DNA of 64,000 nt from Candidatus Hydrogenedentota bacterium (GTDB lineage: Bacteria; Hydrogenedentota; Hydrogenedentia; Hydrogenedentales; SLHB01), in NCBI GenBank assembly GCA_045863335.1, contig BTVY01000034.1:13699-77698 (forward strand). Reading direction: 5' to 3'. A model generated the notes under the pieces. The model searched no databases, had not been told where the DNA came from, and was given only the letters and a program-made list of their open reading frames with translations. Position 1 is the stretch's first letter. Every line of letters starts with the position of its first letter. Shown in pieces: positions 29,595 to 38,232 of the stretch. The translations under genes were made by a program, and so were the position numbers.

Positions 29595-31331
29595 ATGAGA
29601 ATCCCACGTATGGCGCCCCTGGCGATCGTGTGTATTGGCGTGGTCGCCGCGCTCGCGGATTCATCGGCCCCGCCGGTCGCCGCGTTCGAGCCGGACTCCC
29701 CGTTCCATGCGTTCCTCTCGAACGGAATCGCGAATCCGACGCCGGCGGCCGATCCGGCGCTTGGTAACTACGTGGGTATTGTCGATCGCGGGGACGACGC
29801 GCTCCTCTTGCGCATCCATCTCATCAGGGCCGCCCGCCACAGTATCGATATTCAAACCTACATCTGGACCAACGACGAATGCGCGCGGATCGTCCTGTAC
29901 GAACTGCTTCAGGCCGCCCAACGCGGCGTCAAGGTCCGCATCCTCGTCGACCACATGGGCGCCCACAAGGATCCGGGGCAACTCGCCTTCATCACCAGTC
30001 TGCATCCGAACATTTCGATCAAACTTTACCGGCCCGTCGGCGGCCTCGGGAATCCGCATCTGCCGCACATTCTCGTGGACCTCCTCATTCCGTCCGGCAG
30101 TAATCAACGAATGCACATCAAGACGTTTATTGTCGACGGCACCCTGGGCATTACGGGCGGGCGCAATATCGGAAACAACTACTTCAACTATTCCCTCGGC
30201 TACAACTTCAAAGACCGCGACGCGTATGTCCTCGGCCCCGCAACCGGCGGCATGAAAGACTCGTTCGACGCGTATTGGAATGCGCCCCAGGCCGTGCCCA
30301 CGCGGGATTTGCGCGACATCGCCAAACACATCGGAAACGGCATCGATCGTGAGATTCCCGGCCACGATCGGATCTACTTCAACGAGCATTTCCGCGCGTT
30401 CGACGATCGGGCCAACGATCCCGGCGAGATCCGGCGCGTCTTTATCGATACGATGCGCCCCGTCGACCGCGTCACTTACGTGGCCGATGCGCCGGGACGG
30501 AAGAACCGCCGGCTCTACTGCAACCGCTGGAACAACGGCGTCGTGACAAACGCGATGATGGACCTCTTTTCCGGCGCGAACTCGTCGGTATTGATCCAGA
30601 GTCCCTACGTCATCGTTAACCGGCGCCTGGCCAACTTCTTCCAGGATCTCGATGACGAGAATCCCGACCTGCGAATCCGCATCTCGACAAACAGTTACGG
30701 CGCAGCCGATCACCTGATTACCTACGCCACGAACTACCGTCTGCGTCCGCGCGTCGTATTGAACCACGGCATGGAAGTCTTCGAGTACAAGCCCTACCCG
30801 CAGGACCTCTTCGAGTTTCTGCCGAACGCCGCCGATCTCGCGGCCCGCGCCAAAGCCGAAGGAATCGACCGCCAACCCTATCTCAGCATTCACGCCAAAA
30901 CCTTCGTCTTTGACAGCGACACGGTATTCGTCGGCACCTTCAACCTCGACCCCCGGTCCTTCTACCTCAACAGCGAAGGCGGACTCATCATCCAGGACGA
31001 CGGCGTTGCCTCTGCCGTGCGCGAAAGCATCCTGCGGGACATGTCGCCCGACAACAGTTGGACCATCGCCAGGAACGAGTTGCCGCTCTTTCCCATCAAC
31101 CGCACCTTCGAGCGCCTCGCCGCCCGCGCGCCCATCGACTTCTGGCCCATCCGCACCACCAGCGGGTTCGAACTGCGTCCTGGTTTCGAGCCCATCTCAT
31201 CGGAGGATCCGGACTTCTACGAACACTACCGCGATCTCGGTAACTTCCCCGGCGGCGAAGGGCCCTCCCGCGCAAAGTTCATCGTGCGTTTCCTGAAAGT
31301 CTTCGGCAAACCCACCACGCCGTTTCTCTGA
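29595..31331 (+). CDS. Phospholipase D family protein (ClsC/YmdC-like) with N-terminal signal/TM
   Basis: Two HKD motifs: RMHIKTFIVD..GGRN and IHAKTFVFD..GTFNLDPRS. Confidence 0.88.
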   Translation: MRIPRMAPLAIVCIGVVAALADSSAPPVAAFEPDSPFHAFLSNGIANPTPAADPALGNYVGIVDRGDDALLLRIHLIRAARHSIDIQTYIWTNDECARIVLYELLQAAQRGVKVRILVDHMGAHKDPGQLAFITSLHPNISIKLYRPVGGLGNPHLPHILVDLLIPSGSNQRMHIKTFIVDGTLGITGGRNIGNNYFNYSLGYNFKDRDAYVLGPATGGMKDSFDAYWNAPQAVPTRDLRDIAKHIGNGIDREIPGHDRIYFNEHFRAFDDRANDPGEIRRVFIDTMRPVDRVTYVADAPGRKNRRLYCNRWNNGVVTNAMMDLFSGANSSVLIQSPYVIVNRRLANFFQDLDDENPDLRIRISTNSYGAADHLITYATNYRLRPRVVLNHGMEVFEYKPYPQDLFEFLPNAADLAARAKAEGIDRQPYLSIHAKTFVFDSDTVFVGTFNLDPRSFYLNSEGGLIIQDDGVASAVRESILRDMSPDNSWTIARNELPLFPINRTFERLAARAPIDFWPIRTTSGFELRPGFEPISSEDPDFYEHYRDLGNFPGGEGPSRAKFIVRFLKVFGKPTTPFL

Positions 31332-31378
31332 TCGCTTTCCACGGCCCTCTACCACGGTCGGCGTCTCACGCTCTCTTC

Positions 31379-31454
31379 GTCCGTGTCTGTCCGTGCAGGT
31401 CCGTGTTCTCCCAGCCCAACCAACCCGACACCCATCCCAACCAGCCCGATACCC
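31379..31454. repeat. Short tandem repeats: (GTCCGTGNNN)3 followed by a 21-bp-period duplication
   Basis: GTCCGTG at 31379, 31389, 31399; CCCAACCAACCCGACACCC (31415) / CCCAACCAGCCCGATACCC (31436). Confidence 0.65.
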
Positions 31455-31637
31455 CACACAACCCCCGCTTGTCCCTACTCAACACACCATTGATCGCGGC
31501 AATTTTCCGTGAAATATGCATTGAAATCGGTGTGTTCAAAGAACAAAATGCCGCATGTTTTTGTGGTAAACTGCTGTCGTCCACGCGACGCAACGTGCGT
31601 TCGCGCAGCGTAAACAACCCCGGCAATTCAGGTAGGT

Positions 31638-34600
31638 ATGAATTTCATCAACACACTTCGCGAGCAGGTCATCGTCATCGACGGCGCCATGGGAACCCAG
31701 GTCCAGAATCTCGATCTCCACGACGCCGATTACGGCGGCGTCGAGTTTAAGATGCTTCCGGACATCCTGGTATTCTCCCATCCCAACGCGGTGCGCGACA
31801 TTCATCTGAGCTATTACCGCGCCGGCGCACACGCGGTCGAAACGAACACTTTCGGGTCCACCCCTTTTCGCATGGCCGAGTACGACTTCAGCCGGCTGGA
31901 CCTCTCGAACTTCGCCCCGATTCCCTACGACATCGATCTGCGCAAGCTCGGGTACGACGACTTCGCCTACTACACGAGCCGCCGAGCGGCAGAGATCGCC
32001 TGCGAGGCGCGTGACGTCTACGCGAAAGAGGACGGCTACGACGGGCGTCCGCTCTTCGTCCTCGGCTCCATCGGCCCGTCGAACCGCGTGTTATCCAGCA
32101 CGGACGCCAACCTGGCCCTGTCGACCTTCGACGAGATGATCGACAACTTTTACCACCAGGTGCGAGGCCTTCTCGAAGGCGGCGTGGACGTACTGCTGTA
32201 CGAGACGCAACAGGACATCCTGGAACTCAAGGCTGCCGTGTTCGGCGGCCACAAGGCCATGGCGGAGGCGGGCCGCAAGGTCCCCATCATGGCGCAGGTC
32301 ACCGTGGACCAGTTCTCAAAGATGCAGATTTTCAACACGGATATTCACGCCGCGCTGGTCACCATGCAGGGTATCGGCATCGACACCTTCGGTATCAATT
32401 GCAGCATCGGCCCCGATCTCATGGGGAAAACGGTCGAGAAGCTCTCGCGCTATTCGCCCCTGCCGATTTCCATTATTCCAAACGCCGGCCTGCCCACCTC
32501 GGAGAACGGCCGCACGGTCTTCAAGCTGAAACCCGAGAAGCTTGCTGAATACCTGCACACCTTCGTGACGGAATACGGTGTGAACATCGTCGGGGGCTGT
32601 TGCGGCACCACGCCGGAGCACATCGCCGCCGTCGCCGAGCGCATGCGCGGCCTCAAGCCGAAGCCGCGCAAGGCGGAGCCGGGCCTCTACATCTCCGGCC
32701 CCCAGGAGGCCGTGCTTCTCGACAGCAGCGAAACCCTCATCATGGTGGGCGAGCGCCTCAACGTGCGCGGCTCGAAAAAGGTCCGCGACGCCGTGGAGAG
32801 CGACGGCCAGATCGATCAAGCCGCCCTCGAGGAAGTCGTCGAGGAACAGGTGCGCGGCCTGGGCGTCAAAGTCATCGACGTGTGCATGGACTCCAACGTC
32901 GTCGACACCACGGAAACCCTGAAGAAGGTCGTCCACAAACAGACCACCGATTTTTCGGGCGCCATGTGCCTCGACTCCTTCGCGGTGGACGCGTTGGAAG
33001 AAGCCATCAAGGTCTATCCCGGACGCCCCATCATCAATTCCATGTCCATGGAAGACGTGGAACCCGGTGTCACCAAAGTCGACGCGGTGTGCCGCGCCAC
33101 GAAGGGCCATTGGCCCATGTATGTCGGCCTTGCCGCCGGGCCTAACGGTCCAGGCGCCACGCGTGAAGAGAAGGCCGATCTCGCGCGCCAGATCGTGGAG
33201 AATGCCGCGAAGCATGGCGTCACACCCGGCCAGATCCTCATCGACATGAACGTGTTCCCTATCGGCTCAGAATCGGAAGAAGGCATGAACTTCGCCGTCG
33301 AATCGTTAGAGGCCATTCCTCTAATCAAGGCGATTCATCCGGACTTGCGCACCATCTGCGGCGTGGGCAACCTGACCAACGGCCTCGCCAAGAAACCCTA
33401 CATGCGCAAGGTGCTCACGTCCGTCTGGCTCGACGAAGCACGAAAACGAGGCCTCGACGCCGCCATCATCAACCCCAACCATTACGTTTTCGTGAAAGAC
33501 CTTGATCCCAAGGATTACGAACTGGGAATCAAGGTCGTCCTTGAACGCGACATGGAAGCCTTCGAACAATTGGAGGACATTTCCGACCAGAAGAAGGGAC
33601 TCGAAGTCGTGCGCCGCACGAGCTACGAAGACCTGCCCATCGAGGAAGCCATCTGCGAGAAGATCAAGGACGGCTTCAAAGAGCGGGAGCACGGGGACAT
33701 CGAGGTCGATGGGAACCACTACAAGTACGCCGACCGCATCGTGCTTCAGGTGGCGGAAATCATCAAAACTCACGAGCCCCTGGCCTTCATCAACACCCAT
33801 CTCATGCGCGCGATGAACGAACTGGGCGATGGCTTCGCCCGCGGCGAAGTGTCCCTGCCGCACCTGCTCAAGTCGGCCGACGTAATGAAGCAAGTCATGG
33901 GCTTTCTCGAAGAGTACATGCGGATATCCGCCGGCATCGACGTGCACACGAAAATCGAATACAAAGGCACCATCGTGCTTGGCACGGTTTACCAGGACGT
34001 CCACAGCATCGGCAAAGACCTCGCCAAGACGCTCTTCGAGAACTACGGCTACCGGGTCATCGACCTCGGCGTCATGACGCCCCTACAGAGCTACCTCGAT
34101 GCCGCAAAGGAACATAAGGCCGACGCCATCGGCATGTCGGCACTGCTCGTCCAGACGTCGAACCACATGATCACCGTTTCCAAAATGATGCGCGAGCAAG
34201 GTCTGGAAAAACTCCCCGTATTGATCGGCGGCGCGCCGGTGAACGACCGCCACGCGGCCTACGTCGCCATGGCGGGTGAGACTGACGAGTCTCTCATGCG
34301 ATCGAACGTGTTTTATTGTCCCACCGCCATGGATGGCGTTAACATCATGAACACGCTCAAGTCCGGTAACGGCGTGCAGGGCTACCTTGAGATCAACCTG
34401 AAAAAACTCCACAAGAACTACGAGCGCGCCGAAAAGCGAGCCCAGGAAGAGGAAGAGCTGCTGCGCACGCTGCCGCGCCGCGCCGTCGATCTCTCCAAGC
34501 ATAGCGTGCCGGAAGATCCCTATTTCGCCTATGAAACCCAGTCCGTCGATCTGCGGGACTTTAAGGACCGAATCGATCGTAAAACGCTCTTCGCGCTGAA

Positions 34601-35258
34601 CTGGAAGTTCGGCGGCACCGCCTCCCGCGAGCGTCAAGGAGAGAGCGCGGAAAAGCTGAACGCCCTCCTCGACGAATGGGTCGATCGCGCCGCGTCGGAA
34701 CAATGGGTCCGGCCCTTGGGTATTTGCGGCGTCTTCCCATGCCAGTCCGACGGCGATGAAGTCGTCGTCTACGACCCTGACGATCTCCGCACCGAAATCG
34801 GCCGCCTTGGCTTCACGCTGGTGATTGGCGGCGAACGCAAGGACACGATCTGCGCGTCCCAATACTTCTACCCCAAGGACTCCGGCAAACTGGACGCCAT
34901 CGGATTGCAGATCTCCACGAGCGGTCCCCAGGTCGACGCCCAGCTCAAACGGTTTCGCGAAGCGGGCGACTCCGAGTCCTCGCTTTACTTGCAGGGATTG
35001 TCCGATCGCATCGCGGAAGACATGGCCGACTACGTCCACGGGGTGCTGCGCGAACGCCTCCGCTTTGATGAAAAACGCGGCGTCCGCTGGTCGCCCGGAT
35101 ATCCGGCCATGACGGAAACCAGGTATAATCAGACGATTCTCGATTTGCTCCACGCCACGGAATTGCTCGGCGTGAAGATTACGGAAGCAGGGGAGTTCTC
35201 TCCCACGGGCACGACGGCCGCCGTCGTCTGTTTCCATCCCGACGCGCGTTACACGTAA
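31638..35258 (+). CDS. metH: Cobalamin-dependent methionine synthase
   Basis: IDGAMGT, GINC and GGCCGTTPEHI (Hcy/Zn), pterin domain VGERLN, DVHSIGK B12 motif, SPGYP activation domain. Confidence 0.95.
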   Translation: MNFINTLREQVIVIDGAMGTQVQNLDLHDADYGGVEFKMLPDILVFSHPNAVRDIHLSYYRAGAHAVETNTFGSTPFRMAEYDFSRLDLSNFAPIPYDIDLRKLGYDDFAYYTSRRAAEIACEARDVYAKEDGYDGRPLFVLGSIGPSNRVLSSTDANLALSTFDEMIDNFYHQVRGLLEGGVDVLLYETQQDILELKAAVFGGHKAMAEAGRKVPIMAQVTVDQFSKMQIFNTDIHAALVTMQGIGIDTFGINCSIGPDLMGKTVEKLSRYSPLPISIIPNAGLPTSENGRTVFKLKPEKLAEYLHTFVTEYGVNIVGGCCGTTPEHIAAVAERMRGLKPKPRKAEPGLYISGPQEAVLLDSSETLIMVGERLNVRGSKKVRDAVESDGQIDQAALEEVVEEQVRGLGVKVIDVCMDSNVVDTTETLKKVVHKQTTDFSGAMCLDSFAVDALEEAIKVYPGRPIINSMSMEDVEPGVTKVDAVCRATKGHWPMYVGLAAGPNGPGATREEKADLARQIVENAAKHGVTPGQILIDMNVFPIGSESEEGMNFAVESLEAIPLIKAIHPDLRTICGVGNLTNGLAKKPYMRKVLTSVWLDEARKRGLDAAIINPNHYVFVKDLDPKDYELGIKVVLERDMEAFEQLEDISDQKKGLEVVRRTSYEDLPIEEAICEKIKDGFKEREHGDIEVDGNHYKYADRIVLQVAEIIKTHEPLAFINTHLMRAMNELGDGFARGEVSLPHLLKSADVMKQVMGFLEEYMRISAGIDVHTKIEYKGTIVLGTVYQDVHSIGKDLAKTLFENYGYRVIDLGVMTPLQSYLDAAKEHKADAIGMSALLVQTSNHMITVSKMMREQGLEKLPVLIGGAPVNDRHAAYVAMAGETDESLMRSNVFYCPTAMDGVNIMNTLKSGNGVQGYLEINLKKLHKNYERAEKRAQEEEELLRTLPRRAVDLSKHSVPEDPYFAYETQSVDLRDFKDRIDRKTLFALNWKFGGTASRERQGESAEKLNALLDEWVDRAASEQWVRPLGICGVFPCQSDGDEVVVYDPDDLRTEIGRLGFTLVIGGERKDTICASQYFYPKDSGKLDAIGLQISTSGPQVDAQLKRFREAGDSESSLYLQGLSDRIAEDMADYVHGVLRERLRFDEKRGVRWSPGYPAMTETRYNQTILDLLHATELLGVKITEAGEFSPTGTTAAVVCFHPDARYT

Positions 35259-35299
35259 GACGAGGCGTTTCGGCCCCTGCGCAACGAGAGAGGTTTGCC

Positions 35300-35596
35300 A
35301 TGAAGAAGCGGCAACTGCCGTATCAGACGGTCATCCTTGTCTGCGGCGGCGACAAGTGCAGCGACCGGAAATCGAAGAAGCTCTTCAACCGGCTCGAAGA
35401 CGAACTCGACAAGCGCAAACTCGGCGATTCCATTCACGTCGTACGCACGGAGTGCATGGGCAAATGCGACGACGGCCCCAACGTGGTGATCAGCCCCGGC
35501 GCAACATGGGTCTGCGGCGCCAAACCCAAGGATGCGAAGAAGATCTTGGACGAACTCCTCGACAGCGGCGTCGCATCCGATCCTTCGGAGTTATGA
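35300..35596 (+). CDS. Thioredoxin-like [2Fe-2S] ferredoxin
   Basis: LVCGGDKC...TECMGKCDDGPNVVI pattern. Confidence 0.85.
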   Translation: MKKRQLPYQTVILVCGGDKCSDRKSKKLFNRLEDELDKRKLGDSIHVVRTECMGKCDDGPNVVISPGATWVCGAKPKDAKKILDELLDSGVASDPSEL

Positions 35597-35634
35597 GAAG
35601 GCATTGATCAAGTACGACCCCTGCCCAATGCAAC

Positions 35635-35723
35635 ATCGAAATCGGGATCGGTATCGCTATCGGGATCGAGTGCACTTCGTGCTTCCATTCCGATCCCGAT
35701 CCCGATAGCGATAGCGATTTCGA
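35635..35723. repeat. Hexamer-period palindromic element, best-conserved copy
   Basis: ATCGAA ATCGGG ATCGGT ATCGCT ATCGGG ATCGAG ... TCCGAT CCCGAT CCCGAT AGCGAT AGCGAT TTCGA. Confidence 0.85.
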
Positions 35724-35801
35724 GAATGGCGTGTTAAGAACTACGTTCCGCGCCGCCAAGACTGACGTTCCGTACTACCCATAGCAATTAAGGAGACGTG
35801 C

Positions 35802-36818
35802 GTGGCACTTCGCATGATCGAACTGGCCATCTCCAAGGACGCCGCGGGCGAACTCGATGGCGTGATTGACGAGATCGAACCCCTGGGCGTATTGCGCGGC
35901 GCCCTTGATGACGATCTCATGCTTGTGCGCGTGCTGGTCAGCAGCGAACGGTCGGAGTCCGTCATCGATGCGCTCGAATCCCGGTTCCACGAGAATGCGG
36001 CGTTTCGTCTGCTAATCTTCGAAGTGGCCGCAACGGTACCCACGCCCGACGTCGACGAGCGGGAAAACGACCGCAAGAAAAAGGACAAACGTGATTCCGG
36101 CGACGAAGAGCCCGAGCGGGTCGCCGTGGCGGAGTTGGTCGAAGATCTGTCATCCGGGGCCAAGGTCAATCGCGCCTACATCTTGATGGTGCTCCTGTCT
36201 GCTGTCGTCGCGGCCGTCGGCCTGATGCGCGACAACGTGGCCGTGATCATCGGCGCCATGGTCATCGCGCCCCTTCTGGCACCGAACATGACGCTGGCCC
36301 TCGCCACGACCCTCGGCGACTTGAAGCTGGCCCGGAGCGCCTTATTCGTCAACATAGTCGGATTCATGCTCGCGCTTCTCGTCGCGACCCTCGCTGGCAT
36401 GCTCGTCCCCTTCGACCCGACGGTTCGAGAGATTGCGACCCGCACCGATACCTCGTTCAGCGATATCGCCGTCGCACTGGCCGCGGGCGTCGCGGGCGTG
36501 CTCGCGTTTACGACAGGGGTCTCGGCAACGCTGGTTGGGGTCATGGTTGCTGTCGCACTATTGCCGCCGCTGGTCGCCGCGGGATTGCTCCTCGGCTCCG
36601 GCGACTGGTTTCTCGCCTCGAAAGCGCTCCTGCTCGTCGCCACCAACGTGATCTGCATCAACCTCGCCGCCGTGGGCGCGTTTCTGTTTCAGCACGTCCG
36701 CCCCCGCTATTGGTGGGAGGCCGAGCGGGCAAGAAAGATGGTTTTGCTGGCAAGTGTGGTGTGGGTCCTGATGCTCGCGGCGCTGGTTGGCCTGATCGTG
36801 CTCGCACAACAGGAGTGA
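35802..36818 (+). CDS. TIGR00341/DUF389 family membrane protein
   Basis: VIIGAMVIAPLL, GVMVAVALLPPL and NVICINLA motifs. Confidence 0.9.
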   Translation: MALRMIELAISKDAAGELDGVIDEIEPLGVLRGALDDDLMLVRVLVSSERSESVIDALESRFHENAAFRLLIFEVAATVPTPDVDERENDRKKKDKRDSGDEEPERVAVAELVEDLSSGAKVNRAYILMVLLSAVVAAVGLMRDNVAVIIGAMVIAPLLAPNMTLALATTLGDLKLARSALFVNIVGFMLALLVATLAGMLVPFDPTVREIATRTDTSFSDIAVALAAGVAGVLAFTTGVSATLVGVMVAVALLPPLVAAGLLLGSGDWFLASKALLLVATNVICINLAAVGAFLFQHVRPRYWWEAERARKMVLLASVVWVLMLAALVGLIVLAQQE

Positions 36819-36873
36819 ACTTTGATACCGTCAGGGAAAGAACCCGTGAGCCATATCGAAAGGACAGCACACC

Positions 36874-38037
36874 GTGATCGACCGCCGCAGCACCATTTCC
36901 GTCGCCACCGCAATTCTGTTTTGTGTCTTCTCCTACGCACAGGACAATGACACCGCTCTCGCGCCGCCTCTCGTCATCGTCAATCCCGGCCCCGAGTACG
37001 GTGGCGATACGCGCCCCTTTCAGGGCATCCCCGGGATCGAGCGAGCCGCAAACGGCCGGCTCTGGGCCACCTGGTACGGCGGCGGCCCGACGGAAGGCCC
37101 GGAGAACTATTGCATGCTGGCCACCAGCGGCGACGACGGCGAAACGTGGTCGGACGTGGTGTTGGTGGTCGATGTGCCCGGCCCGGTGCGCACCTTCGAT
37201 CCCTGCCTCTGGCATGACCCGGACGGCACGCTCTGGTTCTTCTGGGCGCAGGGCTATACCCATTGGGACGGCCGCGCGGGCGTCTGGGCGATCACCACGC
37301 AGAACTCCGGCGATGCCGAACCCGCCTGGTCGGAACCCCGCCGCATCTGCGACGGCATCATGATGAACAAGCCCACGGTTCTCAGCACTGGCGATTGGCT
37401 TTTGCCCGTGTCCATCTGGGCCTCACAACCGAACGTGGCCGATCCCGCCCACGCTCATCCCATCGACTCGACCACGGGTTCGCACGTCTACGCGTCGACC
37501 GATCGCGGCGAAACCTGGGCCCTGCGCGGCACCTCGGACGTGCCGGAGCGCAGTTGCGATGAACATATGTTGGTGGAAAAGAAAGACGGCACGCTGTGGA
37601 AACTCGTGCGCACGCGGTACGGCGTCGGCGAAGCCATCTCGACGGACGCGGGCGCCACCTGGGACGTCAAAGGCCCGTCGGCGTCTGTGCCCCACATTCC
37701 CCACGCGCGCTTCTTCATCCGCCGCTTGAACTCCGGCAAACTGCTCCTCGTGCGCCACAACTCGCCGGAGTTGAAGAAGCGCACGCACCTTACCGCCTAC
37801 CTCTCCGAAGACGACGGGCAAACCTGGACCGGCGGACTCGTGCTCGACGCGCGCGATTGTTCCTATCCCGACGGCGTCCAGGCGCCCGGCGGCAGTATCT
37901 ACATCATCTACGATCACGAGCGCAAAGGCGCAAAACAGATCCTGATGGCCGTGTTCACAGAGGAGGATGTTCTGGCCGGCGAACCCGTCAGCGACACCGC
38001 CCGCATGCGGATCGTGGTGAACCAGGCGTCGGGGTAA
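36874..38037 (+). CDS. Secreted BNR/Asp-box sialidase-like beta-propeller
   Basis: Signal peptide; Asp-boxes SGDDGETW, STDRGETW, STDAGATW, SEDDGQTW; SYPD. Confidence 0.85.
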   Translation: MIDRRSTISVATAILFCVFSYAQDNDTALAPPLVIVNPGPEYGGDTRPFQGIPGIERAANGRLWATWYGGGPTEGPENYCMLATSGDDGETWSDVVLVVDVPGPVRTFDPCLWHDPDGTLWFFWAQGYTHWDGRAGVWAITTQNSGDAEPAWSEPRRICDGIMMNKPTVLSTGDWLLPVSIWASQPNVADPAHAHPIDSTTGSHVYASTDRGETWALRGTSDVPERSCDEHMLVEKKDGTLWKLVRTRYGVGEAISTDAGATWDVKGPSASVPHIPHARFFIRRLNSGKLLLVRHNSPELKKRTHLTAYLSEDDGQTWTGGLVLDARDCSYPDGVQAPGGSIYIIYDHERKGAKQILMAVFTEEDVLAGEPVSDTARMRIVVNQASG

Positions 38038-38062
38038 GAACGCTATTCGTGCCTTCGACTCA

Positions 38063-38190
38063 AGACCTGTCAGGGGCGACAGCCGATCGCGCAGCCCCGC
38101 AGGGGCGGCGGATGGTAGCCCAGGGTGGAGCGAAGCGGAGCCCTGGGTCAGGGGGTTCCTGATTTGAATAGCCCCCGAAAGGGGGCGATA
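38063..38190. repeat. Cluster of REP-like hairpins (AGCCCC..GGGGCG and GTAGCCCAGGG...CCCTGGG)
   Basis: AGCCCCGCAGGGGCG (38093), GTAGCCCAGGGTGGAGCGAAGCGGAGCCCTGGG (38115-38147), AGCCCCCGAAAGGGGGCG (38170). Confidence 0.7.
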
Positions 38191-38232
38191 GAAGTGTTGT
38201 GCGAGTTCACAAAAAACCTTCAGGGGGATAGG

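Noticed and set aside
31460-31637. SAM or cobalamin riboswitch upstream of metH
   Set aside because: No ATCxAGAG/GGCAACC S-box core or B12-box GGGAA...GCCACTG motif is visible.
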